Assembly (NCBI GenBank): GCA_022605425.2
Contig: JAKIMF020000011.1
Coordinates: forward strand, 868,001 to 932,000
Source: Hamiltosporidium tvaerminnensis FI-OER-3-3
Taxonomy: Eukaryota > Fungi > Microsporidia
Direction of reading: 5' to 3'
DNA: 64,000 bases
A model generated the notes under the pieces. The model was not told the DNA's origin and searched no databases. It was given only the letters and a program-made list of their open reading frames with translations. Numbering within the stretch: the stretch's first letter is position 1; the number at the start of each line of letters is the position of its first letter. A program made the translations under genes and the position numbers. Of the stretch, positions 25,449 through 39,501 are shown piece by piece.

Positions 25449-26804
25449 ATTTATGCACAATCGCAATCATGAAACACTAAGAAATAAATAAATTCATCGA
25501 GTAGTATTTTTTTAAATCCAAAGAATATATTTTCAAAGATAATTGAATTCTAAATTTTAAATATAATTATATAATGGTATGTGTTAGGAAGAGTTACGCT
25601 CATAGAGATATCTTGATAAATTATTAGCTTGGTTTTTTGCGAACAGTAATTTCTTGCCGATGGATATTTTTTTTTATAAAAAAACTCTGTTGGTTCAACC
25701 AGAGCATAGATATTCTCGGCTTATCTGCGAAGCCATTCAATACTGCTTTTAAAAGTAACTCTCCGATTTTATATTAAAATCTAAGTAATTATAAAAAGAT
25801 ACTTAAATTTTCTAAAGCATATAAAATTCTAAAGTTTCATTACTAATTTTTAAAAAACGCACGACTTTTTAAGCAAAATTCGCACAATCAGTAACTTTTA
25901 TTCTATAAATCTTTTAGAGAGGTGAATCAACTGATGAAAATAAAAAAACAAAATAAATATAAAGAAAAGTTCAGACTATGCAGTAAATGAAAAAACAATA
26001 AATAATACGTTCTCAAAGTATTATTGCTTCGACACCAAGCTAAATTATATATAAAATGAAAAAAATAGAGAAAATTTACCTTAAGTCACTCGTTTGGCTT
26101 TACGATTCAAAAATAAGATGTCTCGTTTATTCCGACAAGTTGAAACTCAACTAAATACTTTCATTTTTATACCACCAAAGCAAGGGTTCTATTATTTCGT
26201 AAACGCTTATTAAAATATTTTTTTTACAAAATTAAGTCTATTGCAATTAATCCTTCCTCTCTTCCGATACGGGCTTGGGCCTTAAAATGAAGAAGAAATT
26301 GTTTTTTAGCCAAAAATAATTCGCTTTAATTATATTGGAATACAGCGTAAAATATTTCCATTTATTGTAGGTTATCATTGCATTTCTATTACAAGATTGT
26401 AAGAATTATTTTTGTTTGAAAATTAAGACTTTATAATGATAATTTTCGAGGCATTTAACCATATTAAATAGTATAATATGGAAAGTATTTGATGTTAAAT
26501 CCCGCGAATTTCAATCTTAAGTCTTATGTTTCGATTATGAGATTAATCATGCCTTATTTTTCAAATAGCAGATTACATATCGAATACAGACTTTGATCGA
26601 TAACAAAATACTATGTCAATAAAAAAACCGGAACTCTATGTTTTAATAAGATCATTCATATATAGAACTTTGTAATTTAAAGTTGTTTTTATGGGCATAA
26701 TAAGAGTATAGTTTAAACATATAGCCAAGGTCATTTTATAAAATGTTGCCTATATAAAACAAAAAAATACAAATGTATAGTCAAAAAAACTACGGACTTC
26801 TATA

Positions 26805-27810
26805 AAAAATTAATGTGCCATCCACGAGCACGTATGATAGCTAATACTCGTTTTTTCATAGACATTAAAAGTTTTTTTACGAAATCCAAAGGAATTTTAT
26901 TCCAGATTTCGATTAATTTATGTATTATTTCGTTCCTATTTTTAAATGTAAAATTTCACAATTATTTTTTCATTAAACCCAAATATGTTCGATTTAGTTA
27001 TAATTTAGTGATGTATTGGCTAAAGAAGTATTTTCATTCCTTTTATTTCAAAATATTCTACACAACTTTCAAATATGTTAGGATTGTTTTATCGCTTAAA
27101 AATTTCTCGTATAAACCTATATTTCTAGCAGATGATTCTAAATTGTTTACAAAGATACTATCATATTAAAATCGGATCATAGTAGTATCAATAAACTGGA
27201 AACACCTTTATATGACTTGCAGTATCAAATCATAATATTTTCTCCATTATGTTTAACAGTTTGGATCGAATAGTTAGGTTTAGGCGTGCTTCCCGTTCCT
27301 TTCATACACAATCTTATTGTCTGAATTAAATAAGTTGAACTTGCATCCATTACTAAATATTGTACGTTTTCAAATGTCATCTGAAATCGATAAAAAGAAT
27401 TTTACATATAAATCTAACAATCATATTTTTTTGGTGAAAAAAGGTTTTCGAGCCCGTAAAATGGCATTGATACTAGTTTTGTTAAATAATTTCTTATTTT
27501 TAAACAATATTATTATAATTACTTACAAATCGAATTTTTTGGCGATTTCTGCTGGGCTAATTTTGAGATTTTTTCTTCTAAAACCAGAAATTCTATTAGT
27601 CATTTCAATATACAAGGGGTGGTCTTCCGGATCCATTTTTACGATTTATGTATTTTATTTCTTTACCTTTGTAAGCAATCATAGACCATAGACCTAGCTA
27701 TTTGAAACAATTCAGAAATTTTCTCATTGAATAACCTTTTAAGCTTAATTAACTCCACTATAGCATCATTCTTCCTGACTGATAAAATATAACTATTTGA
27801 TGATGATTTA
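26805..27810 (-). pseudogene. Degenerate Tc1-family (DD34E-type) transposase
   Basis: Minus-strand fragments in order: GSGRPP, KRTIFSNGCKFNLFNSD (cf. VIFSDESKFNLFGSDG), QTVKHNGENIMI (cf. PTVKHGGGSVMVW), IEHIW, and EIWNKIPLDFVKKLLMSMKKRVLAIIRARGWHI (Tc1 C-terminus). Confidence 0.8.
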
Positions 27811-29140
27811 CACACAAACTATATAATTAATTGATCTATGTTGCAAATTATAAATATTTTTTGAGTTTCTGGATTTTTTTTTGACATTTCAAAAATATAT
27901 ATGTGCAAATGTATAAATAGACATTATAAACAAACACAATAAAGAACAATATAACTATAAAATATTATAACTCGTTATTTGCTACAACATGAATTTAAAT
28001 TCCATTAAAAATATTTGAGAATTTAGAAATTTTCGAGTGCATGTTTTTTCTTGAAATACAATAGGTGACTTATATAAAAATGATGCAGAAGTGCACTCTT
28101 TTTGTTTGGAATCACATTCTTGTTATCTAATACTGGCGGAGGAGGGTTTTTTTAGCAATAAAAAGATGATAAAAAAACAAGGGGTTGGTTCAATTGGAAG
28201 ATCCAGAGAATTGGTGCTAAAGAAAAAGCATTATTATTTTTACAGAATGCGCCGTAAAGCAAAAAATAAATGGCAAAAACTGCATTTAGAAGCATTATTA
28301 TGATGAATTATCTCATTTTGAGAAAAAAATGAATACATAAAACCCTAATTTCAAACATATGTGGTTATATTTTAAGAGTGTTACTTTCGTGTTTCTCATT
28401 TTTATTTCGTAATGATTGTTTTGCTGTTTTCCAATTTATGTGCAGGTTTTAACCTGGACATAAATCGGAAAAAAAGAAAAAAAAGCGAAAATATAATGGC
28501 TTAAAGAAGAATAGAGAGAATCAATGAATTTATATGTAAATAATTGATAAGATATATTTTTTGCTAGCTTATATGCAATGATTTTCTTTTGGGTACGGGA
28601 TGGGTTTGAATTCTTAAAATTTTCGCGGTAGAATATTATTGGCAATTATTCAAAGTAGAAAAACATTTTTTTCTCATAAAATTATAGGACATATGCATTC
28701 CAAATCCATTTAGAAACTCTTTAATGTTTTATTCGGACATTTTTGCTTTTTTTCTTATCTATTCACTTTATCATATTCTAAAGTATCTGCGTTGATCTTT
28801 AAAATTTTAATATCGAATATTATTTATTGAATCTATAACTGTAATACAGGTAGATCGAACTATAAGCGGAAATTGCCTTTCCAACCGCTAATGGAAATTT
28901 AGAAGAACTAGAACAGCTATTTACAAAAGTTTGCGGTGAAATAAATGCATCGACAATACTATGAATACCATTTCTCAATATGCCAAGGCTTTATGATCCC
29001 AAAAAGAATATCGCAAACTTGCAATTTCAGATATATGATACCTGAAACTTTCATAATTTCAAAAAACTGTATATTTTAATTAAAAAGAATTTGGTAAGCT
29101 CAAAATGATAAATAGATTATACAGATAATATCTCCTTTAA

Positions 29141-29567
29141 GTGAAGGGAAGATAACCACGTTAAAACCTATCTGCTTGGCAATATGTGTATATAATTGGT
29201 ATGAAAGAATTGTTGGCATTTTGATAGGATATATACCACACTGAATCTATCGGCCATCCTCTATAATCCCTAGTTACATCAGATTAAAAGATGAATGGAA
29301 TGGATAAGTAGACAATTCTTCCCGAATATCAGTATCTATAAATCTCTAAAGCAATCAATATATTATTTTGCAAATTATTTCAGATAATGCCAGCGAAAAC
29401 TCGTTACTTTTCTGTTCTCTTTTAATTGTGTAGGTCATACATACAGAGATGTGTCTAATATAGCATGTGTGGTTTATATTCTATCAAAATTCCAACAATT
29501 ATTTTCAAAAAATTTTACACATTCATTGACAAGCAGATAGGTTTTAATGCAGTTATCAACCCTTTAC
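29141..29567. repeat. Fold-back structure: two inverted ~105-bp copies of the 720-bp element's 5' end
   Basis: 29141-29245 'gtgaagggaagataaccacgttaaaacctatctgcttggcaat...' versus the reverse complement of 29466-29567 'gtaaagggttgataactgcattaaaacctatctgcttgtcaat...'. Confidence 0.75.
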
Positions 29568-30393
29568 CAATCGTATACCAAAATTTAGCATAAAAAGACC
29601 GTAGATTAACATTAAACACTAGAAGCACAATACCTATAGGTATCAAATATATAATATACAGGGGAATTTAGTATTTTAGAGAAAGCAAAAGACATAAAAT
29701 CTTCAATCAGAATACTATCCGCAAAACCAGAAAAAAATGTCCTAGAAAAAACAGGGAATAAGACAAAGAAAAGTATCTTCTTTCTACGCCACTCCGAAAA
29801 TGATTTAGGTATAAATTCTTATAAAGTTAAAAGAATCGGGTTTAGAATCACTGGAAAACTTCTATAAGACCATATTTTTTTTAGTGCAACTTAAGAAAGA
29901 ATAAAGGCATTTGATGAAACTAAATTTACCCTGCGAAGCTTATATAAGTGGAATATGATAAATTAAGATAAAAAAAGACAAATGTGTATCCATATTAGAT
30001 CTAAGATAATTTATGCCTCTAGAAAAACGGTTTTAACCCAAAGAGATTAAATTATGTAAGATATATGGGAAAAAATACTACAAATAAAATATTCAAATTT
30101 AAAAATAACGGTCAAAGAAAGACAATTGATCAAGAGATATATGATTGTCAAGAATCTGATCTGGTAATTGTTATAAAAAGGAAAACTCGGATAAGCAGAA
30201 TACCAGGGAATAATGTTTAAGAAAGAGCAGTTAGTTAGATTTTAAACAAGTTATCTAGAGGTCGCAAATATGATGTAACACACAGAAAGAAAGTAAATTA
30301 AGTACAACAAGATACTTAGTATTCTACTACATGATCATCGGTTATTGAATTTCCTTATAAAATATAAAATTATATTTTATTAAAACCTCAACT

Positions 30394-31121
30394 GTGAAAG
30401 GAGGATAACCCCATAAAAAACTTTCTGCTTGGTAATGAGTGTGTGAAACTGGTGGGAGGATCATTTTTGGATTTTTAGTAGGAATAAAACCATACTACAT
30501 CTATGGTTGTTCCATGGGAGTTGTTATGAGGAGGAAAAGTCTACGAAACGGTGAAAAATTTCCTACAAATTTATTTGTAGTTTTTTACGTAGCCAGATTG
30601 CATACCGTAGCTTAACATGTACGTTATTGCCATGTAAAAGCATGGAAACCTAGCCTTGCTCACTCGGGTTAGAAGACTTAGCGCCTGGAAGATATAAAAA
30701 TAAAACCCATTAAAAGTCGGGAGAGCTAAGTAGCAGGTTTTACCTATTGGTATGACGTTGCACTGTCTAGGTGGACCCCATGTAAATCTCTGAAATATAT
30801 CTTAGCTAGAAGTTTATTAGGTTCAGAAAGTGTAAAGTATGTGGGAATGCTGCATAGTCTTGGGCGAGCTCGGAGAAAGGGGGCTTAGCCTTCGATCACG
30901 CTCCATGCAACGGACATTAACGAACTCGGGGCAAATGCTTCGCCGATTTATTAGGTTCTACACACCTGGTGATGAAAGTCTTTGGGACGTAGGTATCGCA
31001 GGGGGTACTGATGGAGTGTTGGGGTAGTAGTCATTTATGTTAAACCTAGAACTGCGTAACTGTTATGAAAACAAATATAACACTTGCGAAAATTTAAAAA
31101 AAGGGATATTTTTAAATAAAG
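30394..31121 (+). mobile_element. ~720-bp non-coding interspersed repeat (SINE-like), copy 2
   Basis: Flanked by an imperfect direct repeat, ttattaaaacctcaa (30377-30391) and tttttgaaacctcaa (31122-31136). Confidence 0.85.
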
Positions 31122-32657
31122 TTTTTGAAACCTCAATAGTATAAGAAACGATAACGAAGAATTGGAATAATAATTCAAATAAATCTTTCGTTAATTAAAA
31201 CAAATCTTTAGTTACACGAGTTAACAAACCTTTTTATTCAGATGATACAGCCTATTTCTATCAAAGATATTTTTTATCTGGGTGCCATGAGAGAGTTTGC
31301 GACAGATACAAAAGAATCCAATGTATTGCGATGGATAAATTTATTACAAAAATCATCAAAATTGAAATGTTTAAATATTCTGGCTTTTAAAAGGTTTTAG
31401 CAACATAAAATAAGTAGATATAACCTAAAACAAATTAAATATTTCTTTTTGGCTTATTAGTCTCAGATCATTTCATTTTTGCTAGATATTTTTAAAGATA
31501 TCGCAGACTACATTTATTTCTCAAATCTTTAACATGCTTAAATCATGCCTTTTTTATCCTCAAAGACATTATTCTCGGCTTTAATCTTTTTCATGAATCT
31601 AAATAATTATTTTCGAACGTGCTTTAAATGTATAGCAAGCGTATATGCCTCTATTCTTAAATTTATTTTTATATTTATACTATGCTTTATATAATGTTTC
31701 AAACAGAATATTTTGGGTTTGAAAGCTAATAAAGAAATACTAGCTTCGAAGATACACAATTTGTTGGCCAATACATCTTGTTTTAGTAATTTTACCGCTT
31801 CGAAGATTCCATTAAGACAGTGGAGTAATCCAGCCTCAATATGTGTGTATCATCAAATTACCTATCTAAAATAAAATTTTCGATTTATTAAATTATATTT
31901 TGCTTTGCTTTTTATTAGAGTTTTCCTTATTCACTTATACAATTTAGCAAAAAAAAAGTCTTGGCGAAAAGGAATTTCTATTAAATTTAAAACTTGCTTT
32001 CTAAATATTTTGTTAAAAAATGCTTAAGAGATCATTTATTCTGTTTTAAAGTATAATACTGCCTTGTAATTATCACTTCTGATTGCAAAATGCTCTGCCT
32101 TTTTATCATATTAATTAAATTGAAACATTTTCACTGTATTAACTAGACAATATAACAACGATATATCATAATGAAAACCAGACCAGATATAATTTAATCT
32201 TTTTCGTGCAGATAACGTAAAACTTTAAATTCCAGCCGATTTTATTAATTTTCTCGATACTTTAAAGTCAAAATGCTCTTTTAAAACTTACCATTTATAG
32301 TTAATATTTTCAAAAAAAAGTTTAATTCCAACTATTTATACCAACATATGATGAGATTTTGTCTAAACATTTAAAATAATAAATTTATACAAAACGATAA
32401 GGAGTCTAATTCATCAATTAAATGAATCGTAATATAGACACTTTCTTTTATCCCAATAATTGTTTTTAAATGTATTTATAAAGAAATGTTTTGGATAAGA
32501 ATTTCTTTCTCTCTAATAAACCCAAAATTTTTCTATTATTATTTTTTAGTAAAAGTTTTTTTTTGTCTTTATAAGAAATTTATTTGTGTTTTGCAATACA
32601 AAAAATTTGTTAATACGAGTCTCTCAAAATAAAAAACGGAAAAGCGAAACCCATCGT

Positions 32658-34565
32658 ATGGAAATATTTGGAGTCTCTAAAACATATATATACGGTTTAA
32701 TTAAAAACAATACACTTACTATTCCCCATAAACAATGTCCGTTTGAAACAGAGTTTTGTATTTCTCAACCGATTCCATTACTTTTTGATGAAAAATATAA
32801 AATTTTTTACAAAAATAAAATATTCAATTCATACGTTCTTTCGGAAGAAGAAAATGTATATTTGTTGTATTCTGTAGACAATAAAACAACTATGGTTGAT
32901 AAAAAAGTTATCCTAGAATCAAATACAATCTACACTTTTAATATTACAAATGAAAATGAATTTACGCGTAGGGTCGAGTTATATGAAAATAACGAAATGT
33001 TTCCGGGGATTGTTTTGAAAGGTCAAGTTTTTAATGACACGGTTATGACTAAATATGGAAATGGGAAATGTATTTTCTTAGATAATCATCCAAATCAAAA
33101 AATAATTTCTGTTCTTTTATATAAAATATCTGGAAAAACGTATAATTTTATTGAAAAAGTAGAAAGTAAAGATAAAAAGCACAAAAGAATTAAAAAAGCG
33201 CATTTTCTTGATGGTTCGGAATTTAAAGTTGTTGCTGAATGTAAGAATTTTTATTTGGTAGAAAAAGAAAGAATCAGAGGAATTTTATTAAAAGATATGA
33301 TAAAGAATTATTTAAATGATTTTGTCAAAATAAAAGTTAAAGACCAAGAATGGGGTTATGTATTTACGAGATATGAAATTGGAACATCAAAAAGTAAAAA
33401 TACAGAATTATATGAAGGAATGGTTGGGAAAGGTGTGATTGCCAAAATATGTAACTTTGGTGCAATTGTAAGTGTAAATGGATTTAAAGGAAGATTAGTT
33501 GTTAGCGAAATAAGTTCAAATTATATAAAAAATTGGAAAAGTCATCTCGAAAATATTATTTCTGAAAAAAATGAATTAACAGGAATTATTTACAATGTAG
33601 ATTTTGAAAAAAATCGATTTGATTTCAGTTTAAAGAAATATGAACTTCAAGAAAAAGAAAATGAATTAAACAGTGGAATTAAATTACAAGTACCTTTCAA
33701 TGATAAACAAAATATTAAAGAAACAGAAATTGAAGTAAAAATAAATGAAAAAAATAAAGATTTATCTTTAAAAAGTGAAGAAAATAAAAAAGTTGATTTC
33801 TGTACTGAAACAAAGAGAGATATTCTTAAAACAGAAGAAGATTATTTAATGGAAATAAAAAATATGCCAAAATCTGCATTGCCAATTATAAAATATATTT
33901 CTTTTAAAATTGAACGAAATGAAGATGTAAGAGAATTTTATAAAGAATTTATTAAGAAAATGGAAGGAAAAGAAAAAATGGATTTGTGTGTTTCTTATAT
34001 AAATTATTTGATTTTTATAAATGAAGAAAATATAATTAATGAAATCAAAAGGTGTTATACGATCTGTGATAAAAGTAAAAATATTGATTTTATAGATATT
34101 GTAATTCAAAATATAAAAGAAATAAAAAACGATTTATTAAAATTTGAATGTTTCAAATATTATTTTAAAATCAAAGAAACTAATAAAAGTTTTAAAATTT
34201 TAGTAGAATTTTTATTAAAAAATGGTAAAATAGAAGAAGGATTTGAAATAATTAAGAAAAATATAAATTACAATTCGATTGGAATCGATTTACTTTATAA
34301 ATATAAAACAAAGGATTTGAGAGTAAGAATAGAGAATTTGGTTTGTGGTGTAGATGGTTGGGTAAGTTATTTAAAAAACGAATGGAACGATATTGAATAT
34401 GTTAGAAGGCTTTTTCAAAGAGTCGTTGATATGGATTGGAAGATTAAAGAAATTGTTATTTTCTATAAATTATGGATAGAATTTGAAGAAGAGAATGGAG
34501 GAGATGTAGAAGTTGTGAAAAGTATAGCAAGAGAACACGCGGAAAGACTTAAGATAAAATCATAA
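32658..34565 (+). CDS. RRP5: rRNA biogenesis protein Rrp5-like, second copy, 635 aa
   Basis: 7 aa differences from the left copy. ATG at 32658 (preceded by a CCC motif) is preferred over the GTG start in the ORF track. Confidence 0.8.
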   Translation: MEIFGVSKTYIYGLIKNNTLTIPHKQCPFETEFCISQPIPLLFDEKYKIFYKNKIFNSYVLSEEENVYLLYSVDNKTTMVDKKVILESNTIYTFNITNENEFTRRVELYENNEMFPGIVLKGQVFNDTVMTKYGNGKCIFLDNHPNQKIISVLLYKISGKTYNFIEKVESKDKKHKRIKKAHFLDGSEFKVVAECKNFYLVEKERIRGILLKDMIKNYLNDFVKIKVKDQEWGYVFTRYEIGTSKSKNTELYEGMVGKGVIAKICNFGAIVSVNGFKGRLVVSEISSNYIKNWKSHLENIISEKNELTGIIYNVDFEKNRFDFSLKKYELQEKENELNSGIKLQVPFNDKQNIKETEIEVKINEKNKDLSLKSEENKKVDFCTETKRDILKTEEDYLMEIKNMPKSALPIIKYISFKIERNEDVREFYKEFIKKMEGKEKMDLCVSYINYLIFINEENIINEIKRCYTICDKSKNIDFIDIVIQNIKEIKNDLLKFECFKYYFKIKETNKSFKILVEFLLKNGKIEEGFEIIKKNINYNSIGIDLLYKYKTKDLRVRIENLVCGVDGWVSYLKNEWNDIEYVRRLFQRVVDMDWKIKEIVIFYKLWIEFEEENGGDVEVVKSIAREHAERLKIKS

Positions 34566-35749
34566 TTTATTTATCAATAAAACAAATTTACTAAATTTTA
34601 AGTTTTCTTCTTTTAGTTTTGTCAAAGTACATTTTTTTGTCAACAAAAAGTTTCTTAAATTTCACTTTTTTTAAAAAATTATAAAATTGTTTGTAGATAA
34701 AACATATTAAGAAACATAAATAAATAATTGAAGTACTTAGATATCGATTTTAGATTTTAAAAGTTTCACAAAAAGGTTATTTATTTGTTTAAACAAAGTG
34801 TCTCTCCAACAAATTTCAAAATATTCCCTACAACTTTGAAAGATTTTTTAAATTACATTTTGATACAGCAATAAAAAAATATTGTACGGTTTTTATTACG
34901 ATACACTTTTAGAAATATAAATTTATATTTATGTTTATAAAATCATTGATAAAATTGATTTTCAAGTATCAATTTCTATGGAGTTGATCTTCGATATATG
35001 ATGTTGATATAATAAGGATGGTAGATCAATAGCTTTTAACTAATAATTCAACAAATTTAAAAACAAGGACATTAACTATTAAATATATCATTTAATTATT
35101 TTTTAAAAAAATTAAAGAAACTGTATAATGACCTCTATTTTTAATAAATGGCAGTCTTTTGATTTTATAAAATAAGTTATGAGATACTGATTATATCTTA
35201 GAATTTTTCGATTTACTGATTAATATATTTGAATTATTGTATAAATTTTTCTTGAATACATAATTCTAGTCAAAATTATACAGAATAGAATATTATTTAT
35301 GTATATAAATTGTAGAAAAACATTGTTATTTTATCTCTGCAAATTTATCAATCAAATATATTATTAAATTAGAAGTGAAAAATATTTATATTTGTAATAA
35401 TTTACAAAAAATTTAAGAATTCTTTTCATATTTATATTGAAAAGTAAATGGCAATGTAGAATTTGAATTAAAAGAGAATAATTTTTATCTATATTTTGAT
35501 CCTGGTAAATAAAACAAATATTTTTCGGAATTCAACAATCTTTGATTGCAGATTTTAGAGATTATATTTAATTATGTTAGTGACTCATGATATTCTATTT
35601 CTTATAAATTGTGTTAAAGATGGGTTATCTAATGTTTTTAAATATAAAACTCTGGATTTGACTGGCAAGTTTAAATTTTAAGTTTTAAAATGCTTTCCGG
35701 TGTAAATCTACTGAATTTCATAGCAAGTATTTCATTATATAACTTAAAT

Positions 35750-38700
35750 TACTTAATTAGGATTCGGGTTTATAAAATATCTTTCTTAACCAATTTATTC
35801 ACTCAATTGATAACCGAATCTCTTCTTCTAGATCCGAATTCTCTTCTTCTAGATCCGAATCTTCGTTTATATTCTTTTTCAGTTCTTCCTCTAGTGTGTT
35901 CCTCTATCTAAGCTATGAGTTTTAATGTTTTTTAGTATTTAATGGTTTAAAACCATCTTAGAATTAATTACTTTCCTTAACAGGTGTTTTGCTTTTTTAT
36001 AGATTTCAATAAAACCAATGAAGTCTTTTCAGCTTCATCTGTATTTGATTTTTGTTCAAGTCTTTACCGTAAATCAAAAGAAATGAATTGAATGTCTTTT
36101 TGAGTATTTAAGATTGCATATATATTTATACATTCAAGTATATTTATAGTCAATTGAAATACATTATATGATATTTTGTAACAATACTGTTCTAAGTTAT
36201 TCCACAAGAAATCATCTCAACATTACACTTATAAATAACTTATAGATCATATTCTAAAAGTTCATTTATTCTAATTTCTCTAATTTCAACTATTTATTAA
36301 AAAAATGATGAGAAGTAATTTCTACTTGAAGAAGCGTTATCTTATTTTTACTCCCATCTAAAAAAATATATCTGGTCTACATTCCAAATCGATACATACC
36401 CTTTTATTATGTAGACAATTCCTATTTTTAAAATACTTTTTATCAAAAATTTTTTAAACCAAGAGACTTTAATTAATTCTAATGACTTGAATTTAGATCT
36501 ATTGTAAAAGAGTAGGTGCAGGTATATAATCCCTCTATTAAGAATCTGGTCTAATTATGAGAAAGAATTTTTTCACATCGATTCGTTTAATTATCTACTG
36601 TTTCACCAGATGTATTTAGTTGTTGACCCATGTCTTCTGCTCTCAATAATAAATTTCTATCTTAGATATAGCAGAAAAACTCTTATTTGCATGACATAAT
36701 ACTATATATATTTAGCCTTTTAAAAAAAGACAATAACATTCCCAGGCTCATTTTTTTTAAGATGCAAAAATTTTAAATGTTTTTTTTATATTTTTATCTC
36801 GTATTATAATTTTTTAAATCACATCACTTTTAAATACCTTTTTATTGACTTTTTTCCTAACCGGTAATTTACACTTGAGAAGTCCTTCGCTGGTGTAAGA
36901 TATTTTCTATTATTCTCCATTTCTGGGATTACTACTTCCAGGTAAATATTTCTTTAGATTTTTATAGAAAACCGAATGAGTGTGGAATAAACGTGTCTAT
37001 TAAACTTATAGCTTTTTATACATTCTCCAAGTTCATTTCTAGGAAAATATATTAGCTCTTATACTGCCTAGGCATAATTTATTTTGTACTTTATGAACAG
37101 TTTGAAATTATATAATATATTTTTAGACGTGACTCTTTATACCCGAAGTACACCTATATGTCAGTGTTTTAAATATATTTCTTATTTGATTCCAACTTAA
37201 GCGAATTTCTGCGATACTTTTCGTGCGAAAGTGTCTTACGCTTGATATAAATTCGCCCTATAATTCAACAAATACCAAGATTGTAAATTCCCCGACTTCT
37301 TTTATGAATCCAAGATATTTGTAAAGATGCTTTCCTTTGGAAATGTAGCAATATCTTTACAAAACAGATCCCTATTTCAGACTTCTCTTGTTTTTTTTAT
37401 CTTAGATGTTTTATAATCCTTTTAATCTGCTCACATCTTTTTTTATGTTTTTTTTAACGCAGAATTAATCTTTAATTATTCAATAAACAAGAGTTTATAG
37501 GTAAACTATGTATCCGAATCTGCTTGTTAATTAATTATTATGCATTTTCTCAATTAAATTTTATCTCTTTGAATATATATGTAGCACAAATATAAATTAT
37601 GGTAAATAATCTTTTAGAAATTCGTTTTCTTAATTTTATTGTTCATGATTTTTTCAGGTCTTACTGAAATATAAATTTATAATTTTGATATTTTTACCTT
37701 AATAAATTTACAGATGAAATCAGGTAAATTCATGTTAGCAAATCATTGAATATATATACATAAACAAGAGATATGAAGTATTTTATGACTTACATTTATG
37801 CAGCATTCTGCTTTTTACATATATATTTAGATGCGCAATTTTTAATACTCTGTTTATTTACAAACTATACACTTCTACGCTCCTAATTAATTATCAGCTT
37901 GTAACCAGTATCTCTAAAATTTTACACGCTTAACTTTTTAATACACTTAATAAGCTTTTAAGGGTTTGGCATATGTGTTATTGGACCTTGGTCAGACTCT
38001 CTTTGGGGTATAACTTTTTAAATCAGATACGAATACTTACAATAGAACCAATCCGCTTAGCATCTGCTTTCTAAACGTCGTATACTTATTAGAATATCAT
38101 AAAAATGCAAGAAATGTGTTATTAACATCAAGATTAATGTCACAAAACAATCGTTCCAGGTAGTTTTTTGATTTAAAAACAAATTCGCTATCTTCATTAA
38201 TAATTTAGAAAAAAATACATGGTTTGATCGGTATCTGATAGTAAAAGCCAAAAATTACTAATCATAAGTAACCAAGCCATCTTTTTTATCACTTTGCATA
38301 CCAAAAACTTATATTTTCGCCACAACTAACTATATGCCGAAACTCAATACTCTCAGAAATTCACGATGAAATCGATCTGGGGAAAGCTCAAACTTTCGAT
38401 TGACATTTCTGAATAGCTTCATATGTTCAAATATTATACTTTTCTTGCTTAAGCAAAATTTAACACTTTTTTTACTAACTAAAACCTCACAAAGATCAAT
38501 TCTCTTGCTTTCATTCGAATTAACCTCTAGTATGATTTTCTTTAGACTTTTTTTCTAAATAAACAAAGTTTTCCTATTTGCGTTCTGTCTCAAAGATATA
38601 TTTTGAAGGTTTTAAGGAAGAAATTTTACCTTCGATGCTTTCTTTTCTTATAGATCTTAACACCTCATTGCATTTTACCTCGTCATAAAATACGTGGGTA

Positions 38701-39473
38701 TCCTGAATAATTCATGCGGCATATGTTATCGTATTTTTCACTGTACAGTCTGCATATTCGCAGACTATTTGATCGGTAATATCCAGTATCTACTGCAACC
38801 AGTTCATATTTGAGCTTCTCGGGTTCGTAATACTACGTTCGCTTTTTTTTACCAAACCTCTTTGTTTTTACTTAAATAGTTTTCTCCCGCGCCTATAAAC
38901 GAATTGCCATAGGCAAAACAACACTGTTTAAGAAGATATAGTTCAATGCGACTTCTTTCTTTATTCTACAGATTATTACCTCTTCGGTCTTAATATAGCT
39001 AAAGTTTATAACACATTGACAGTTTCGGTACATAAGAACTTTTTTTACCAATGCCTCTGTTTCTCTTTATATTTATTTCTGAATCCAATCAAACCTTGTC
39101 AGTAATGAAAAAAATTATTAAATAAATTCCTATCATTCGGCTTCTACATATCTGGTATAAATCAGACTACAAATATTTTCCAGGAATAGCTAAGGTACAA
39201 GGAATTAATCCATTAATTGCTTTATCTGGTCTTGGGATTTTAAAGATTAGATCCGTGGTATAGATGGAAGGGTTTAAAGTAAGCATACTGGCTTTTCTTT
39301 GTTCATATTTCTTTTGGTATAGGTGTATTTTAAATTGCATTAGGTATTGATGAGGTTGTTGGTAGAATCACCTGATCTCTATTAAACTCTTTAATCCTTT
39401 TATAAACTTCACTTGCGGGTTAAGTCTTAATGTCTTCTTCTTTATACTCCTACATTTTTTCTTATACTCATTA
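35750..39473 (-). mobile_element. Mirror copy of the old degenerate full-length LINE
   Basis: Reverse complement of 17146-20865. Confidence 0.75.
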
Positions 39474-39501
39474 AAAGAAATTAAGAATAATTTAAGAAAA
39501 T

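Larger units (their letters stand above)
24471..32145. other. Unique spacer between palindrome arms; only transposon debris recognised
   Basis: No arm-scale mirror homology and no long ORF. Confidence 0.85.

Noticed and set aside
28090-28860. Possible transposase HTH remnants in the spacer
   Set aside because: No catalytic motifs seen; the similarity is too weak.
30960-31015. Hammerhead ribozyme core in the 720-bp repeat
   Set aside because: No CTGANGA...GAAA core conserved across copies.
32586-32657. 24-aa N-terminal extension of the right RRP5 copy
   Set aside because: It uses a GTG start in a eukaryote, the left copy has a stop in this stretch, and the CCC motif points to ATG 32658.
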